Below are positions 15,223-24,264 of a stretch of DNA of 30,690 nt, in pieces. The translations under genes were made by a program, and so were the position numbers. The stretch is from NCBI GenBank assembly GCA_041739675.1, contig JBGSNL010000025.1, forward strand, positions 1 to 30,690, given 5' to 3'. This DNA is from a bacterium (GTDB taxonomy: Bacteria; UBA10199; 2-02-FULL-44-16; DYJF01). Each line of letters opens with the position of its first letter. Within the stretch, counting starts at the first letter, position 1. A model generated the notes under the pieces. The model worked only from the letters and a program-made list of their open reading frames with translations. It was not told the DNA's origin and made no database searches.

Positions 15223-17109
15223 ATGACATTTGCCGGCAACATCATTTTTTCCGATCCCGCCGATGCTGACAAGGCCGCGGCATACGAGGCGAGCCTTGAG
15301 GAGCGCCCGATAGGCGAAAGAATCAAGGATTGTCAGAGATTTGCCGAAGATACAGACGAAACATCTATAGCTAAGCTTTTTCTGCTGGCACTCACCGGCG
15401 ATCAGCAGACGATAAGGGAGATAAGAAGAATCGTTGCGTGGAAACACGCCAAGGAGAAAGCAAGGTTCTTCATAGCGCAGCTTTCGTCGCAAAACGAGAA
15501 GATGGTCATCGAGGCCGTCAATCTGCTCGGAGCGCTCAAACAGCCTTTTTCGATCCCGTATCTCGGAGAGGTGCTCGATCCGGAACACGTGGAGCTCAGC
15601 AAGGCCGTCGTCTCCGCCATAAGCGAGATGGACGAGCCTTTAGGGGCGAGGATAATAAGGCGGGCTCTCACTTCCCCGAATGACGAGCTGGTGTTGCTTT
15701 CCGTGCGCAAGCTCTCGGCATGGATCGAATTCGCCCCGTGGAAGGTCTTCGCGCCGCTTGTCTTACACAAGGATTCTGACGTCCGGACCGAGGCGGCCTT
15801 CGCCATAGCCCTCAGGAAAAATCATCGGAGCGCCAGCTTTCTCTTCGAAGCGATACGCCGCGAAAAGGTGAGGGTCGCAAGGATTTCCATGATCCGCTTC
15901 GTGGGCATGATACCGCGGGGTGCATCGCTTATGCCGCTTTTACGCATAGCCGCCCACGACGAAGACCAGAAGGCGCGTCTGACGGCCTCAAGGACGGCCG
16001 ACCGCCTACAGGGCCTTTTGAAACCCCAGCGCCTCTTCCGTCTGAGGTACGCCCGCGACATGGACATAAGAAACGAGGTCCTCTTCCGTATAGGCAAGTT
16101 CGGCTCGGAGATCGAAAGACACAAGGGCTATTTGAGAAAGACTTTGAAAGAGAGCAAGGATCAAAAAAACACGCAGGCCTGCCTCATGGCCCTGGGCTTC
16201 ATCGCGGAACACAAGGACATGGATCTCCTCATGAATTATCTGTCGGCCGACCCGCTAACATCCTACATAGCTGCGCTGGCGCTGACCAGAATCTGGAGAC
16301 TCGACGATGTGAACGTGGTCCTGAAAGCGTTGGCCGAAAGCAGCTCCTCCTTGCAGAGACAGATTTTTTTGACGTTTCTCATCAGGCGGAGGGGTTTTTA
16401 TGCCGATCCTGAAATTCTTTTCACGACGATCAAAAACATTTTGGACAAGGACGAGAACGTGAACGTGAGGTATCTGGCCTTCTGTCTTTTTGAGTTCGCC
16501 CCAACGCCTATGACCATCGAGTATCTTCTTTCGTCATACGAAAAAACCGAGAACGTGAACGACAGAAACGCCATAGATATGGCCGTGAAAAATATTGCGG
16601 CTCATCACAGTGAGTACGTGTTGCCCGCGCTGAAGGAGTGCGACGCCCGAAAGACCTGCTATATCATGAGCCACGTTCCGGAAAACGCGGACCCTGCTTT
16701 TTACAGATCCATGGCGAAGATAATTTTTTCCAAATACAACGCGGCAAGCAAAGACGGCTCGGTCATGGAACACTGCCGCGAGGCTCTCAAAGAGATCGTC
16801 ACAGTGCCGAGAGCACTGGCGGCGGCAGTGAAGATTCTACCCAACGCTGAGTGGAAAAAACTTTTCTTCGGCGCCCTCATTGAGCACGGGGACAAGGAAA
16901 AGATCGCAATGATAAAAGACGATCTGGTTTATATGTTGAAAGACGAAGATCCGGAGGTGGCGGGCCAGGCGATGCTGTTTATCGTCTCACTTAGAGACCC
17001 CTCCGTCATTCCGGGTATCGTGTCGGTCGCCGAACTGGACGTCAGACCCGACGTCAGGGCCCTGGCGCAGAACGTCGTAAGATCGTTTGTGAGGCAAGGC
17101 ATAATATGA
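15223..17109 (+). CDS. Cytoplasmic HEAT-repeat protein (628 aa) inside the pel operon
   Basis: Multiple HEAT-like units (DSDVRTEAAFAIA, DENVNVRYLAF, LKDEDPEVAGQA, RPDVRALA); no signal peptide or TM; 1 bp from pelE and ATGA overlap with pelF. Confidence 0.8.
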   Translation: MTFAGNIIFSDPADADKAAAYEASLEERPIGERIKDCQRFAEDTDETSIAKLFLLALTGDQQTIREIRRIVAWKHAKEKARFFIAQLSSQNEKMVIEAVNLLGALKQPFSIPYLGEVLDPEHVELSKAVVSAISEMDEPLGARIIRRALTSPNDELVLLSVRKLSAWIEFAPWKVFAPLVLHKDSDVRTEAAFAIALRKNHRSASFLFEAIRREKVRVARISMIRFVGMIPRGASLMPLLRIAAHDEDQKARLTASRTADRLQGLLKPQRLFRLRYARDMDIRNEVLFRIGKFGSEIERHKGYLRKTLKESKDQKNTQACLMALGFIAEHKDMDLLMNYLSADPLTSYIAALALTRIWRLDDVNVVLKALAESSSSLQRQIFLTFLIRRRGFYADPEILFTTIKNILDKDENVNVRYLAFCLFEFAPTPMTIEYLLSSYEKTENVNDRNAIDMAVKNIAAHHSEYVLPALKECDARKTCYIMSHVPENADPAFYRSMAKIIFSKYNAASKDGSVMEHCREALKEIVTVPRALAAAVKILPNAEWKKLFFGALIEHGDKEKIAMIKDDLVYMLKDEDPEVAGQAMLFIVSLRDPSVIPGIVSVAELDVRPDVRALAQNVVRSFVRQGII

Positions 17110-18575
17110 GCGACATTTGCTTGGTGCTGGAGGGGACGTATCCATACGTGCAGGGCGGCGTGTCAAGCTGGGTCCACAAGATCGTGTCGGACATGCCCGA
17201 CATCAGATTCAGCGTCCTTTCCATCATGCCCACGCCGGCTGACACCAAGGTGGAGCGCTACGTCGTACCCGGCAACGTGGAGAGCATCATAAACATCTAC
17301 GTGCACGACCACCACTTCAGACCGCGTTTCTTCAAGACAAAGATCTCGCGTCTTTTCGAATTTTTCGAGATGTTCTATCGGGGCATCAGCCAGGCCTCGC
17401 GGGGTGACATGGAGAGATTTCTGCTCGATCTCATCCGCCACCGCGACCAGTTGGACCTGGTGCACGCCTTCTCTTCGCGCGAATTCTGGAAGGCCGTGAC
17501 CTCCCTTTACGAGAAGGGCGACACTACGATTAGCTTTCTGGATTATTTTTGGAATTACCGTTTCACGTTTCTTCCCATAATGCAGATACTGAAGGCGAGG
17601 CTCCCCCCTGCCCCTCTCTACCACACGATATCAACAGGCTATGCCGGCGTGGCGTGCGCCCTTGCGAAGATCAAGTTCAACAGCCACATGATAGTCACCG
17701 AACACGGCATATACACAAAAGAGCGCAGAATCGAGATCGCGCAGGCCAGCTGGATATACGAGAGGGAGACAGAATACGTGAGGGCCACTGAGGAGTTGGG
17801 CTACTTCAAGGACTGGTGGACGCGGTATTTCGGCGTCATGAGCAAGCTCGCATACTCGTACGCCGACAGCATAACCACGCTGTACGAGGGAAACAGGCAG
17901 CTTCAGATGGAAGACGGCGCCGATCCCAAAAAAACGTCGATCATATCCAACGGAGTGGATATAGGGGAGTTCCGCGAGATTGCAAAAAATCGCGACAAGT
18001 CGAGGAAACGCAAGACGATCGCCTTCATAGGGAGGATCGTTCCTATAAAAGACGTCAAGACGCTGATCAAGGCGTGCAAGATCATCGTGCAGCAGATGGA
18101 TGACGTGAAAATTTTTCTCATCGGCCCGCAGGAAGAGGAATCCCAATACTATCAGGACTGCATGATGCTGGTGAAGATGCTGGGACTGGAAAACAACGTA
18201 ATATTCACCGGCCACGTTGAAATAAAAGATTATTATCCCGATATCGATATCGTCGTTTTGACGAGCATCAGCGAGGCTCAGCCCCTTGTCCTTCTTGAAG
18301 CGGCCGCGTGCGGAATCCCCGCCGTAGCATCCGACGTAGGCTCATGCAGGGAGACGCTCTTGGGCGCGACCGCTGATGACAAGGCCTTGGGCCCCAGCGG
18401 GATAGTCTGCCCGTTCCATTCGCCAATCGAGACGGCGGAGGCCGCACTGAGACTTTTAACCGACGACGATCTCTATCGGGCCATGTCCGATGCCGGACAG
18501 GCGCGTGCTGAGAGATACTACGACGACGCCGACATGGTGAACGCGTACAGGAACCTGTACGAGAAATACATCTGA
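17106..18575 (+). CDS. pelF: PelF GT4 glycosyltransferase
   Basis: LEGTYPYVQGGVSSW, HTISTGYAG, TEHGIYTKER, GRIVPIKD, SISEAQPLVLLEA (EX7E). Confidence 0.95.
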   Translation: MSDICLVLEGTYPYVQGGVSSWVHKIVSDMPDIRFSVLSIMPTPADTKVERYVVPGNVESIINIYVHDHHFRPRFFKTKISRLFEFFEMFYRGISQASRGDMERFLLDLIRHRDQLDLVHAFSSREFWKAVTSLYEKGDTTISFLDYFWNYRFTFLPIMQILKARLPPAPLYHTISTGYAGVACALAKIKFNSHMIVTEHGIYTKERRIEIAQASWIYERETEYVRATEELGYFKDWWTRYFGVMSKLAYSYADSITTLYEGNRQLQMEDGADPKKTSIISNGVDIGEFREIAKNRDKSRKRKTIAFIGRIVPIKDVKTLIKACKIIVQQMDDVKIFLIGPQEEESQYYQDCMMLVKMLGLENNVIFTGHVEIKDYYPDIDIVVLTSISEAQPLVLLEAAACGIPAVASDVGSCRETLLGATADDKALGPSGIVCPFHSPIETAEAALRLLTDDDLYRAMSDAGQARAERYYDDADMVNAYRNLYEKYI

Positions 18576-18579
18576 CGCT

Positions 18580-19983
18580 ATGGCAGGGATAGGTTTCAGA
18601 CTCGAAAAAATACTCTCCTACGATTCCTACGTGAATCTTTTGCAGGGGTACGCCTACTCGGCCATCGTCTCCGCGGGCCCGCTTCTTTGCACGATATTCA
18701 CGATCGCCTTTCTGACGATTGTCCTTCCGGGCAACCTCCCCTACGCCGAGATAATGATCTTCAGAACCCTTGTCGTCTATGTATACGCAGTGACGCTCAT
18801 CACTACGGCCCCGGCCCAGATGATCATCACGAGATACATGTCCGACAGGATATTCTTAAACGACAGGCAGGCGATCGTTCCGGCGTTCGTTGGCATCATA
18901 GCTATTTCCCTGGTGATCCACGCCATTTTCGGAGCGACGGCCATTCATCTCGTGGAGTTGGATTTCGCATCGTCTGTGACCGCCGTGATCCTCTTCCTCG
19001 CCATAAGCATAGTGTGGATCGCCATGATCGTTTTGTCGGCCGCCAAAGAATTCATAAGGATAGTTAAATCTTTCTTTGCCGGCTCCGCATTAAGCGTCGT
19101 CGCGGGCTTTGTGCTGGGCAAACAGTTGGGGCTTCTGGGCCTTCTCGCAGGTTTCACGGCAGGCCAGGTCCTTCTCGTCATCATGCTCGTGGCCCAGATA
19201 TTCACCGAGTTCGAATACAGAAAGCAGGTCGAGTTCTATTTTCTCGAGTATTTTAAAAAATACATGGCGTTGGCGTTCATTGCCACTTTTTACAACATAG
19301 GCATCTGGGCGGACAAATTCATTTTCTGGTTCACTACGCAGACGGGTGTTAAGATCCACGCCGTCCTTCATATCTCGCCCGTCTACGACATACCGGTCTT
19401 CGTGGCATACGTTCTCGTCGTGCCGACGCTCGCCATGTTCACGATAAGGGTGGAGACCCATTTTTACATCCATTACAGAAAATATTTTCTCTCCATACTG
19501 GGAAAACACCCTCTCTCCTCGCTGGAGGAGAGGCGCAAAAACATCATCGAGGTGCTCCGTGTCAGTATGGGAAGAATGATAGTGATGCAGGGAACGATCA
19601 CGGTTATGGGCCTCTTCATCGCGCCGAAGGTCTACATGTATTTCGGAATGTCGCCCGTGAACCTGGGCGTTCTGCAGATCGCGATACTGGCCACATTTCT
19701 ACAGGCACTGCTCCAGACTTTGCTCATAATAATCCTCTATTTCGATTTCAGGATGGATGCTCTCGCGATGAGCGCGATCTTTGCGGCCACGAACGTCTTA
19801 TTTTCAGTCTATTCGATAGATGCAGGGCTCTCGTGGTACGGATACGGCTATTTCTTGAGCTGCCTTGCCGCCCTGATCGCCGGTTTTCTGCTCTTTAACT
19901 ATCGGATGAAGCATCTTCTGTACTACACGTTTGTGAGCCAGAAGATCATAGTGCACAGTGAGACCGTCGCCGCGCCGCAATAG
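18580..19983 (+). CDS. pelG: PelG exopolysaccharide transporter
   Basis: MAGIGFRL start, YSAIVSAGP, TRYMSD, GIWADKFIFW, YDIPVF, RVETHF, YGYGY; polytopic, 467 aa. Confidence 0.95.
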   Translation: MAGIGFRLEKILSYDSYVNLLQGYAYSAIVSAGPLLCTIFTIAFLTIVLPGNLPYAEIMIFRTLVVYVYAVTLITTAPAQMIITRYMSDRIFLNDRQAIVPAFVGIIAISLVIHAIFGATAIHLVELDFASSVTAVILFLAISIVWIAMIVLSAAKEFIRIVKSFFAGSALSVVAGFVLGKQLGLLGLLAGFTAGQVLLVIMLVAQIFTEFEYRKQVEFYFLEYFKKYMALAFIATFYNIGIWADKFIFWFTTQTGVKIHAVLHISPVYDIPVFVAYVLVVPTLAMFTIRVETHFYIHYRKYFLSILGKHPLSSLEERRKNIIEVLRVSMGRMIVMQGTITVMGLFIAPKVYMYFGMSPVNLGVLQIAILATFLQALLQTLLIIILYFDFRMDALAMSAIFAATNVLFSVYSIDAGLSWYGYGYFLSCLAALIAGFLLFNYRMKHLLYYTFVSQKIIVHSETVAAPQ

Positions 19984-20001
19984 AACAAGGTAAAAGAATC
20001 G

Positions 20002-20030
20002 TTGAAAAAATATGGTGGGCGGGGTATGAA
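20002..20030 (+). promoter_or_regulatory. Possible sigma70 promoter for the 20056 gene
   Basis: TTGAAA-17 nt-TATGAA upstream of SD AAGGGGG. Confidence 0.35.
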
Positions 20031-20055
20031 GCATGAAAAAGAAAGGGGGCAGGAA

Positions 20056-20514
20056 ATGAAAAAACTTTTGTTGGCAATCGTGCTGGTGTTGTGCTTCGTC
20101 GCCACCGGGATGGCGAAATCAAATCAGGTGAACGTAACCGGCGACATGATTAAGGATGGAAAGCTCACGGTAGAAGTCGATTGGACGATAGACACGGCGA
20201 AGTATCCGGGCATGTCCCGCGAGGCAATTCGCGATAAGGTGCGCCAGGATATCAAGAATCAGGTCGTCTCGAAGATCACCGCCGCGGCCGAGGGGATGGC
20301 CATCTCTCTGGACCAGAGCAATTTTCATCTCGTAAGCGAGAATCAGAAGCTCATTGAGACAAGGCCCAACGGCACCAAACTCTATGACTACGATATGCAG
20401 ATCCAGTTCACGGCATCCGCACAGCCGCAGCCCGCTCCTGCAGCGGCTCCGGCGCCTGCGAAGAAACCGAGATATGAGGATGCATTGAATCAGCGCTGGG
20501 ACAACGACATGTAA
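20056..20514 (+). CDS. Uncharacterised secreted protein (paralog of 20584-21051)
   Basis: Signal peptide MKKLLLAIVLVLCFVATGMA; SD upstream; Pro/Ala-rich linker near the C-terminus; clear similarity to the convergent neighbour. Confidence 0.8.
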   Translation: MKKLLLAIVLVLCFVATGMAKSNQVNVTGDMIKDGKLTVEVDWTIDTAKYPGMSREAIRDKVRQDIKNQVVSKITAAAEGMAISLDQSNFHLVSENQKLIETRPNGTKLYDYDMQIQFTASAQPQPAPAAAPAPAKKPRYEDALNQRWDNDM

Positions 20515-20534
20515 TCAGGCTGAGTTGTCATGAT

Positions 20535-20565
20535 AAAAGGCCCGCCACATTGGCGGGCTTTTTTT
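20535..20565. terminator. Bidirectional Rho-independent terminator
   Basis: AAAAGGCCCGCCA-cat-TGGCGGGCTTTTTTT between convergent genes. Confidence 0.85.
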
Positions 20566-20583
20566 ACCTATATTCAACGCTTG

Positions 20584-21051
20584 TCAGAACGAATTCGCCT
20601 CGTTTGAGAATCCGTCGTGGAAGCCCTGGCTGAATTCCGAAAACTGCCTGTCCTCAGTTATTTCATCCGTGGAGCTGGCATATCCGCCAAGGCATTCAAA
20701 CTTCAAAGTGGCGTCGTAGGAATAGACCTTCGTTCCGTTCTTGCGCTGTTCTATGAGCTTTTTGTTTTCCGCGAGTTTTGTGAACTTGCTCTGCTTACAT
20801 TTGCCGGGTTCGCCCATGTTGGCGACGAGCTTTGGCATGACCGCCTCCCATATCTCGTCATATACCACCTGATTGATGGCGGTTCTCTGGACGACAGAGT
20901 ACTTTGCTGTGTCCACTTTCCACTTGATATCTATCATAAGGTAGCCGTCCATCTTGAGATTTCCCGTGATGTTCACGGTGTTGGCCGAAAATGAAGTTGC
21001 GGCGAAAAAAAAGGCGAGCGCTGCGGCGCCGATCGTCAATATTTTTTTCAT
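20584..21051 (-). CDS. Uncharacterised secreted protein (paralog of 20056-20514)
   Basis: Signal peptide MKKILTIGAAALAFFFAATSFSA; shares NxVNxTG, W-x2-DTAKY and ENxKLIExRxNGTKxYxYD with its neighbour. Confidence 0.8.
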   Translation of the reverse strand: MKKILTIGAAALAFFFAATSFSANTVNITGNLKMDGYLMIDIKWKVDTAKYSVVQRTAINQVVYDEIWEAVMPKLVANMGEPGKCKQSKFTKLAENKKLIEQRKNGTKVYSYDATLKFECLGGYASSTDEITEDRQFSEFSQGFHDGFSNEANSF

Positions 21052-21069
21052 CTCTTCCCCCGTTTCAGT

Positions 21070-21579
21070 TTACAGGCATGTGAGCGGCGTTTCCAAAAAA
21101 TTGAGTTGTTGTGTATCGCTGCAATACAAGACGTTGATCGATATCTCCTCGGTGGCGTTGATGGAGAAACCCGGCGCGCCCGGATTGAGCGGCACTATCG
21201 TGAACTGGGAGAGCGGCGTTTCAAGCGGATCTGTCGCACACTCTGCAAGCCCCAAGTCCGGCTGCGGAAGCGACCCCTTTGAGGCACATATGTAATATGT
21301 CACGGCGAGCGTGCAATTGTTTATGATGGTTATACCCGCGAACCCGCCCGACTGGTTCGTCAGAAGAACCGAGCTCGCCGGACAGAGCTGGCCCAGATAA
21401 TTCTCCGGCTCGACGTCGGTCCTGTCGGAAGGCGTACCCGTTCTTCCGCCCGACCAACTCGCGGCTATCCAGACCGGGTCATAGATGACCGAATCCCCGC
21501 CTCCGCCTCCTCCGCAGCCGACCGTTGTCAAAACCGACACCGAAAAAAACAGCAACGCGAATTTCGCTATCATTCTCAT
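21070..21579 (-). CDS. Cys-rich lipoprotein (169 aa)
   Basis: SD AAGGAGG, ATG 21579, lipobox TVGC followed by a Gly run; six further Cys. Confidence 0.8.
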   Translation of the reverse strand: MRMIAKFALLFFSVSVLTTVGCGGGGGGDSVIYDPVWIAASWSGGRTGTPSDRTDVEPENYLGQLCPASSVLLTNQSGGFAGITIINNCTLAVTYYICASKGSLPQPDLGLAECATDPLETPLSQFTIVPLNPGAPGFSINATEEISINVLYCSDTQQLNFLETPLTCL

Positions 21580-21639
21580 ACGACCTCCTTCGCTGTTTTT
21601 ATAATTTATTGCGGTTTTTTGCAAGATAAGGCTTTGCGG

Positions 21640-23676
21640 CTATTGCGTCTGGGTTTCCAGATTTTCCAGAGAGACAGCCGCGAAGTTGGCTATTGCGACT
21701 ATGACGTCGCGCTCGTTGGGAAGAAGTGTGCTGAAGTCCGCGCGTATCCCGATTGCGCCCAGGCACCCTTTTTCGGAGGAAAAGGGATAAAAGAAATACT
21801 CGGACCCCTCGAGCGTGCCCGTTCCCTTGCCCGCAATCTCGCTTTGCGCATAAACCCATTGGACAATGGTCTGCTCCTTCGGCGTGAACGAGAGATCTTC
21901 CTCCGACCTCGCCCAGATGCGCGGCATTTTCTGCTCTTCTTTTAGCGTCACCACACAGGGCAGATGAAGTGCGCGCATCATATAGCGAAGCACTGTGGCG
22001 GCGACGGCCTCCTGGACGGTGGTCTTCATGAGTTTCAAAGTTGAGTGCACGTGCTCATCTTTGGAGACAACCGCCTTCGTGACAAGCCGCTCGATGTTGG
22101 GGATGGCAAGAAGCTCTTTTCCCATGTCGGCTAAAATCTCCATCCGCCCCAGCCTTTTGCTCAAGACGTCCTGCTGGCGCCTCACAAGCTTTGCAAGCTG
22201 GCCGGTTAAAATCGACGTCGCGATGAAAACCACAAGTTCAAGGATGATTGCGGGGTCTGATACTTGAAGACTGAAATAAGGCTCCGTGAAAAAATAATCG
22301 TAGATGACAGCAGAGAGAATCGAGACAAGAAGGGATGGCCCTATTCCGAAATAGAAGGCGGACGCGATCGGCGCCAGCACGAATAGAATCACGAGCGAAT
22401 GGATATGGAGCCAATGAGACAGCGCCGCCGCAATGGCCGCCACCGGTAAAATTGTGAGCGGCGCCAATAAATAATTTTTCAAAGGGACCGCCGCCTTAGG
22501 TTTGACCTGCGCTGCAGCCGGATGCCGGAAAGGCTCGGAAAGTGTAGGAGTCACGAAATAGATGTCGAAGTCGGCCGCCTTTTTGACGACATCATATATT
22601 GAATAGCGCGAGAATATCCTTCGAACGAATGAACCGATTGGTTTTCCCAAAACAACTTTGCTTATTTTTTCCTGGTTGGCAAATCTGATGATCTCCCTGC
22701 CAACATCGGCGCCCGTGAGAGAAACGACCTTGGCGCCGAGCTCCTGAGCCAGATTCAGCGTCTCGGACAGACGCGCTCGTTCCTTTTCGGAGAGGGTCAG
22801 ATGGGCTGGGCTCTCGACATAGACCGCATACCACTCCGCCTTGAGGTCCCTGGCCATCTGGTAGGCCTTACGAACAAGCTGCGGGGAAAAGGGGCTCGTT
22901 CCAACGCACACGAGGAGCCTCTCAGAGGTGGCCCACGGCCCCGCCGTCCCGCGCGCCCTCATGTATTGAATGAGTTCCCAATCAAGTTTGGCAGCCACGC
23001 GGCGGAGCGCCAATTCGCGAAGCGCCAAAAGATTTCCTCGCTTGAAAAACCTGTCGAGCGCGGTTTGGGACAGATCGGGAGCGTAGACCTTTCCTTCCTT
23101 GAGGCGTTCGTGAAGCTCTTCAAGAGGGATATCGACCAGGTCGATCTCGTCCGCCTTGTCGAGGATAGTGTCCGGCACTTTTTCGCGGACACGAACACCT
23201 GTGATCTGTTCTACGGTGTCGTTGAGACTCTCGAAATGCTGGATATTGACCGTCGTGTAGACGTCGATCTTGTGATCGAGAATCGTTTCGATATCCTGAT
23301 ACCGTTTATCGTGCTGGGAACCGGGCGCATTCGTGTGCGCAAGCTCATCCACCAAGACAACCGCGGGCTTTCGCTTCAAAATTGCATCGAGATCCAGCTC
23401 TTTCAGCACCACGTTCTTGTAAGAAACTTCCCGCCTGGGAACAATCTCCAGCCCCTCAAGAAGGGCCTGGGTCTCAACGCGGCCGTGCGTCTCCACAAGG
23501 CCCACGACGACGTCGATGCCGCGCTCTTTGAGCTCCCGCGCATCGTCCAGCATCTTGTATGTCTTGCCGACACCGGGGGCGTAGCCTAGAAAAATCTTGA
23601 AGCGGCCGCTTTGAGCTTCACTCTTTAAAACTTCCGAGAGAAGGGCCTGGGCATCTGGTTTTGTATCTGAGCTCAT
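21640..23676 (-). CDS. kdpD: KdpD-like sensor (KdpD N-domain, Usp, 4 TM, GAF) lacking the histidine kinase domain
   Basis: GYAPGVGKT Walker A, VDELAHTN, KRYQD, NIQHFESLND, LRELALR; Usp ERLLVCV; TM YDYFFTEPYFS; GAF; ends AVSLENLETQTQ with no H-box or HATPase domain. Confidence 0.9.
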   Translation of the reverse strand: MSSDTKPDAQALLSEVLKSEAQSGRFKIFLGYAPGVGKTYKMLDDARELKERGIDVVVGLVETHGRVETQALLEGLEIVPRREVSYKNVVLKELDLDAILKRKPAVVLVDELAHTNAPGSQHDKRYQDIETILDHKIDVYTTVNIQHFESLNDTVEQITGVRVREKVPDTILDKADEIDLVDIPLEELHERLKEGKVYAPDLSQTALDRFFKRGNLLALRELALRRVAAKLDWELIQYMRARGTAGPWATSERLLVCVGTSPFSPQLVRKAYQMARDLKAEWYAVYVESPAHLTLSEKERARLSETLNLAQELGAKVVSLTGADVGREIIRFANQEKISKVVLGKPIGSFVRRIFSRYSIYDVVKKAADFDIYFVTPTLSEPFRHPAAAQVKPKAAVPLKNYLLAPLTILPVAAIAAALSHWLHIHSLVILFVLAPIASAFYFGIGPSLLVSILSAVIYDYFFTEPYFSLQVSDPAIILELVVFIATSILTGQLAKLVRRQQDVLSKRLGRMEILADMGKELLAIPNIERLVTKAVVSKDEHVHSTLKLMKTTVQEAVAATVLRYMMRALHLPCVVTLKEEQKMPRIWARSEEDLSFTPKEQTIVQWVYAQSEIAGKGTGTLEGSEYFFYPFSSEKGCLGAIGIRADFSTLLPNERDVIVAIANFAAVSLENLETQTQ

Positions 23677-24254
23677 TTTTTTGTAAGTGTATCGAGTGCA
23701 AGGTTCAATTGCAACACTTGCACGACCGGTTCTCCCAAGAGACCGAAGGTGCGCCCTTCAGTGTGTTGCTTTATAAGTTTTTCCACATCTTCTCCGGGAA
23801 CTCCTCTGGCACGTGCAACACGCTCCAGCTGGTATTCAGCCGCCGCTATGCTGATATGCGGATCGAGCCCGGAGGCCGACGCCGTCACAAGATCGACAGG
23901 AACCGGCTTCTTATTATCAGGATCGAAGGCCTTGAGCTTTCCAATGCGCGAGTTCACATTCTTTTCGAGAGCAGGATTGAGCGGGCCGAGATTCGAACCT
24001 CCCGAGGATGAGCTGTTATAAGGAACGGGCGACGTCGCAGAAGGCCGGTCCCAGAAATATTTGGGATCGTCGAACTTCTGCCCGATGAGCACGGAGCCTA
24101 CCGCTTTGCCATCCGCGTAGATGAGGCTTCCGTTCGCCTGGTCATTGAAAAATATCCTGGCGACACCTGTAACAAAAAGCGGATAGATGATCCCCGTCAC
24201 AATTGTCAGCGCAATAAAAACGATCAGTGCGGTTTTAAGCTGTGTTCGAAACAT
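23673..24254 (-). CDS. kdpC: K+-transporting ATPase subunit C
   Basis: QANGSLI, GSVLIGQ, RPSAT, SGGSNLGP, DLVTASASGLDPHIS, LNLALD. Confidence 0.97.
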   Translation of the reverse strand: MFRTQLKTALIVFIALTIVTGIIYPLFVTGVARIFFNDQANGSLIYADGKAVGSVLIGQKFDDPKYFWDRPSATSPVPYNSSSSGGSNLGPLNPALEKNVNSRIGKLKAFDPDNKKPVPVDLVTASASGLDPHISIAAAEYQLERVARARGVPGEDVEKLIKQHTEGRTFGLLGEPVVQVLQLNLALDTLTKK

Positions 24255-24264
24255 ATAAATTCCC

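Noticed and set aside
21070..21579. Lipoprotein as a displaced PelC
   Set aside because: Opposite strand, outside the operon, Cys-rich and without resemblance to PelC that I can recognise.
21580..21660. Frameshift hiding the KdpD kinase domain
   Set aside because: Only 60 bp precede an unrelated lipoprotein gene and no H-box or HATPase motif is seen downstream.
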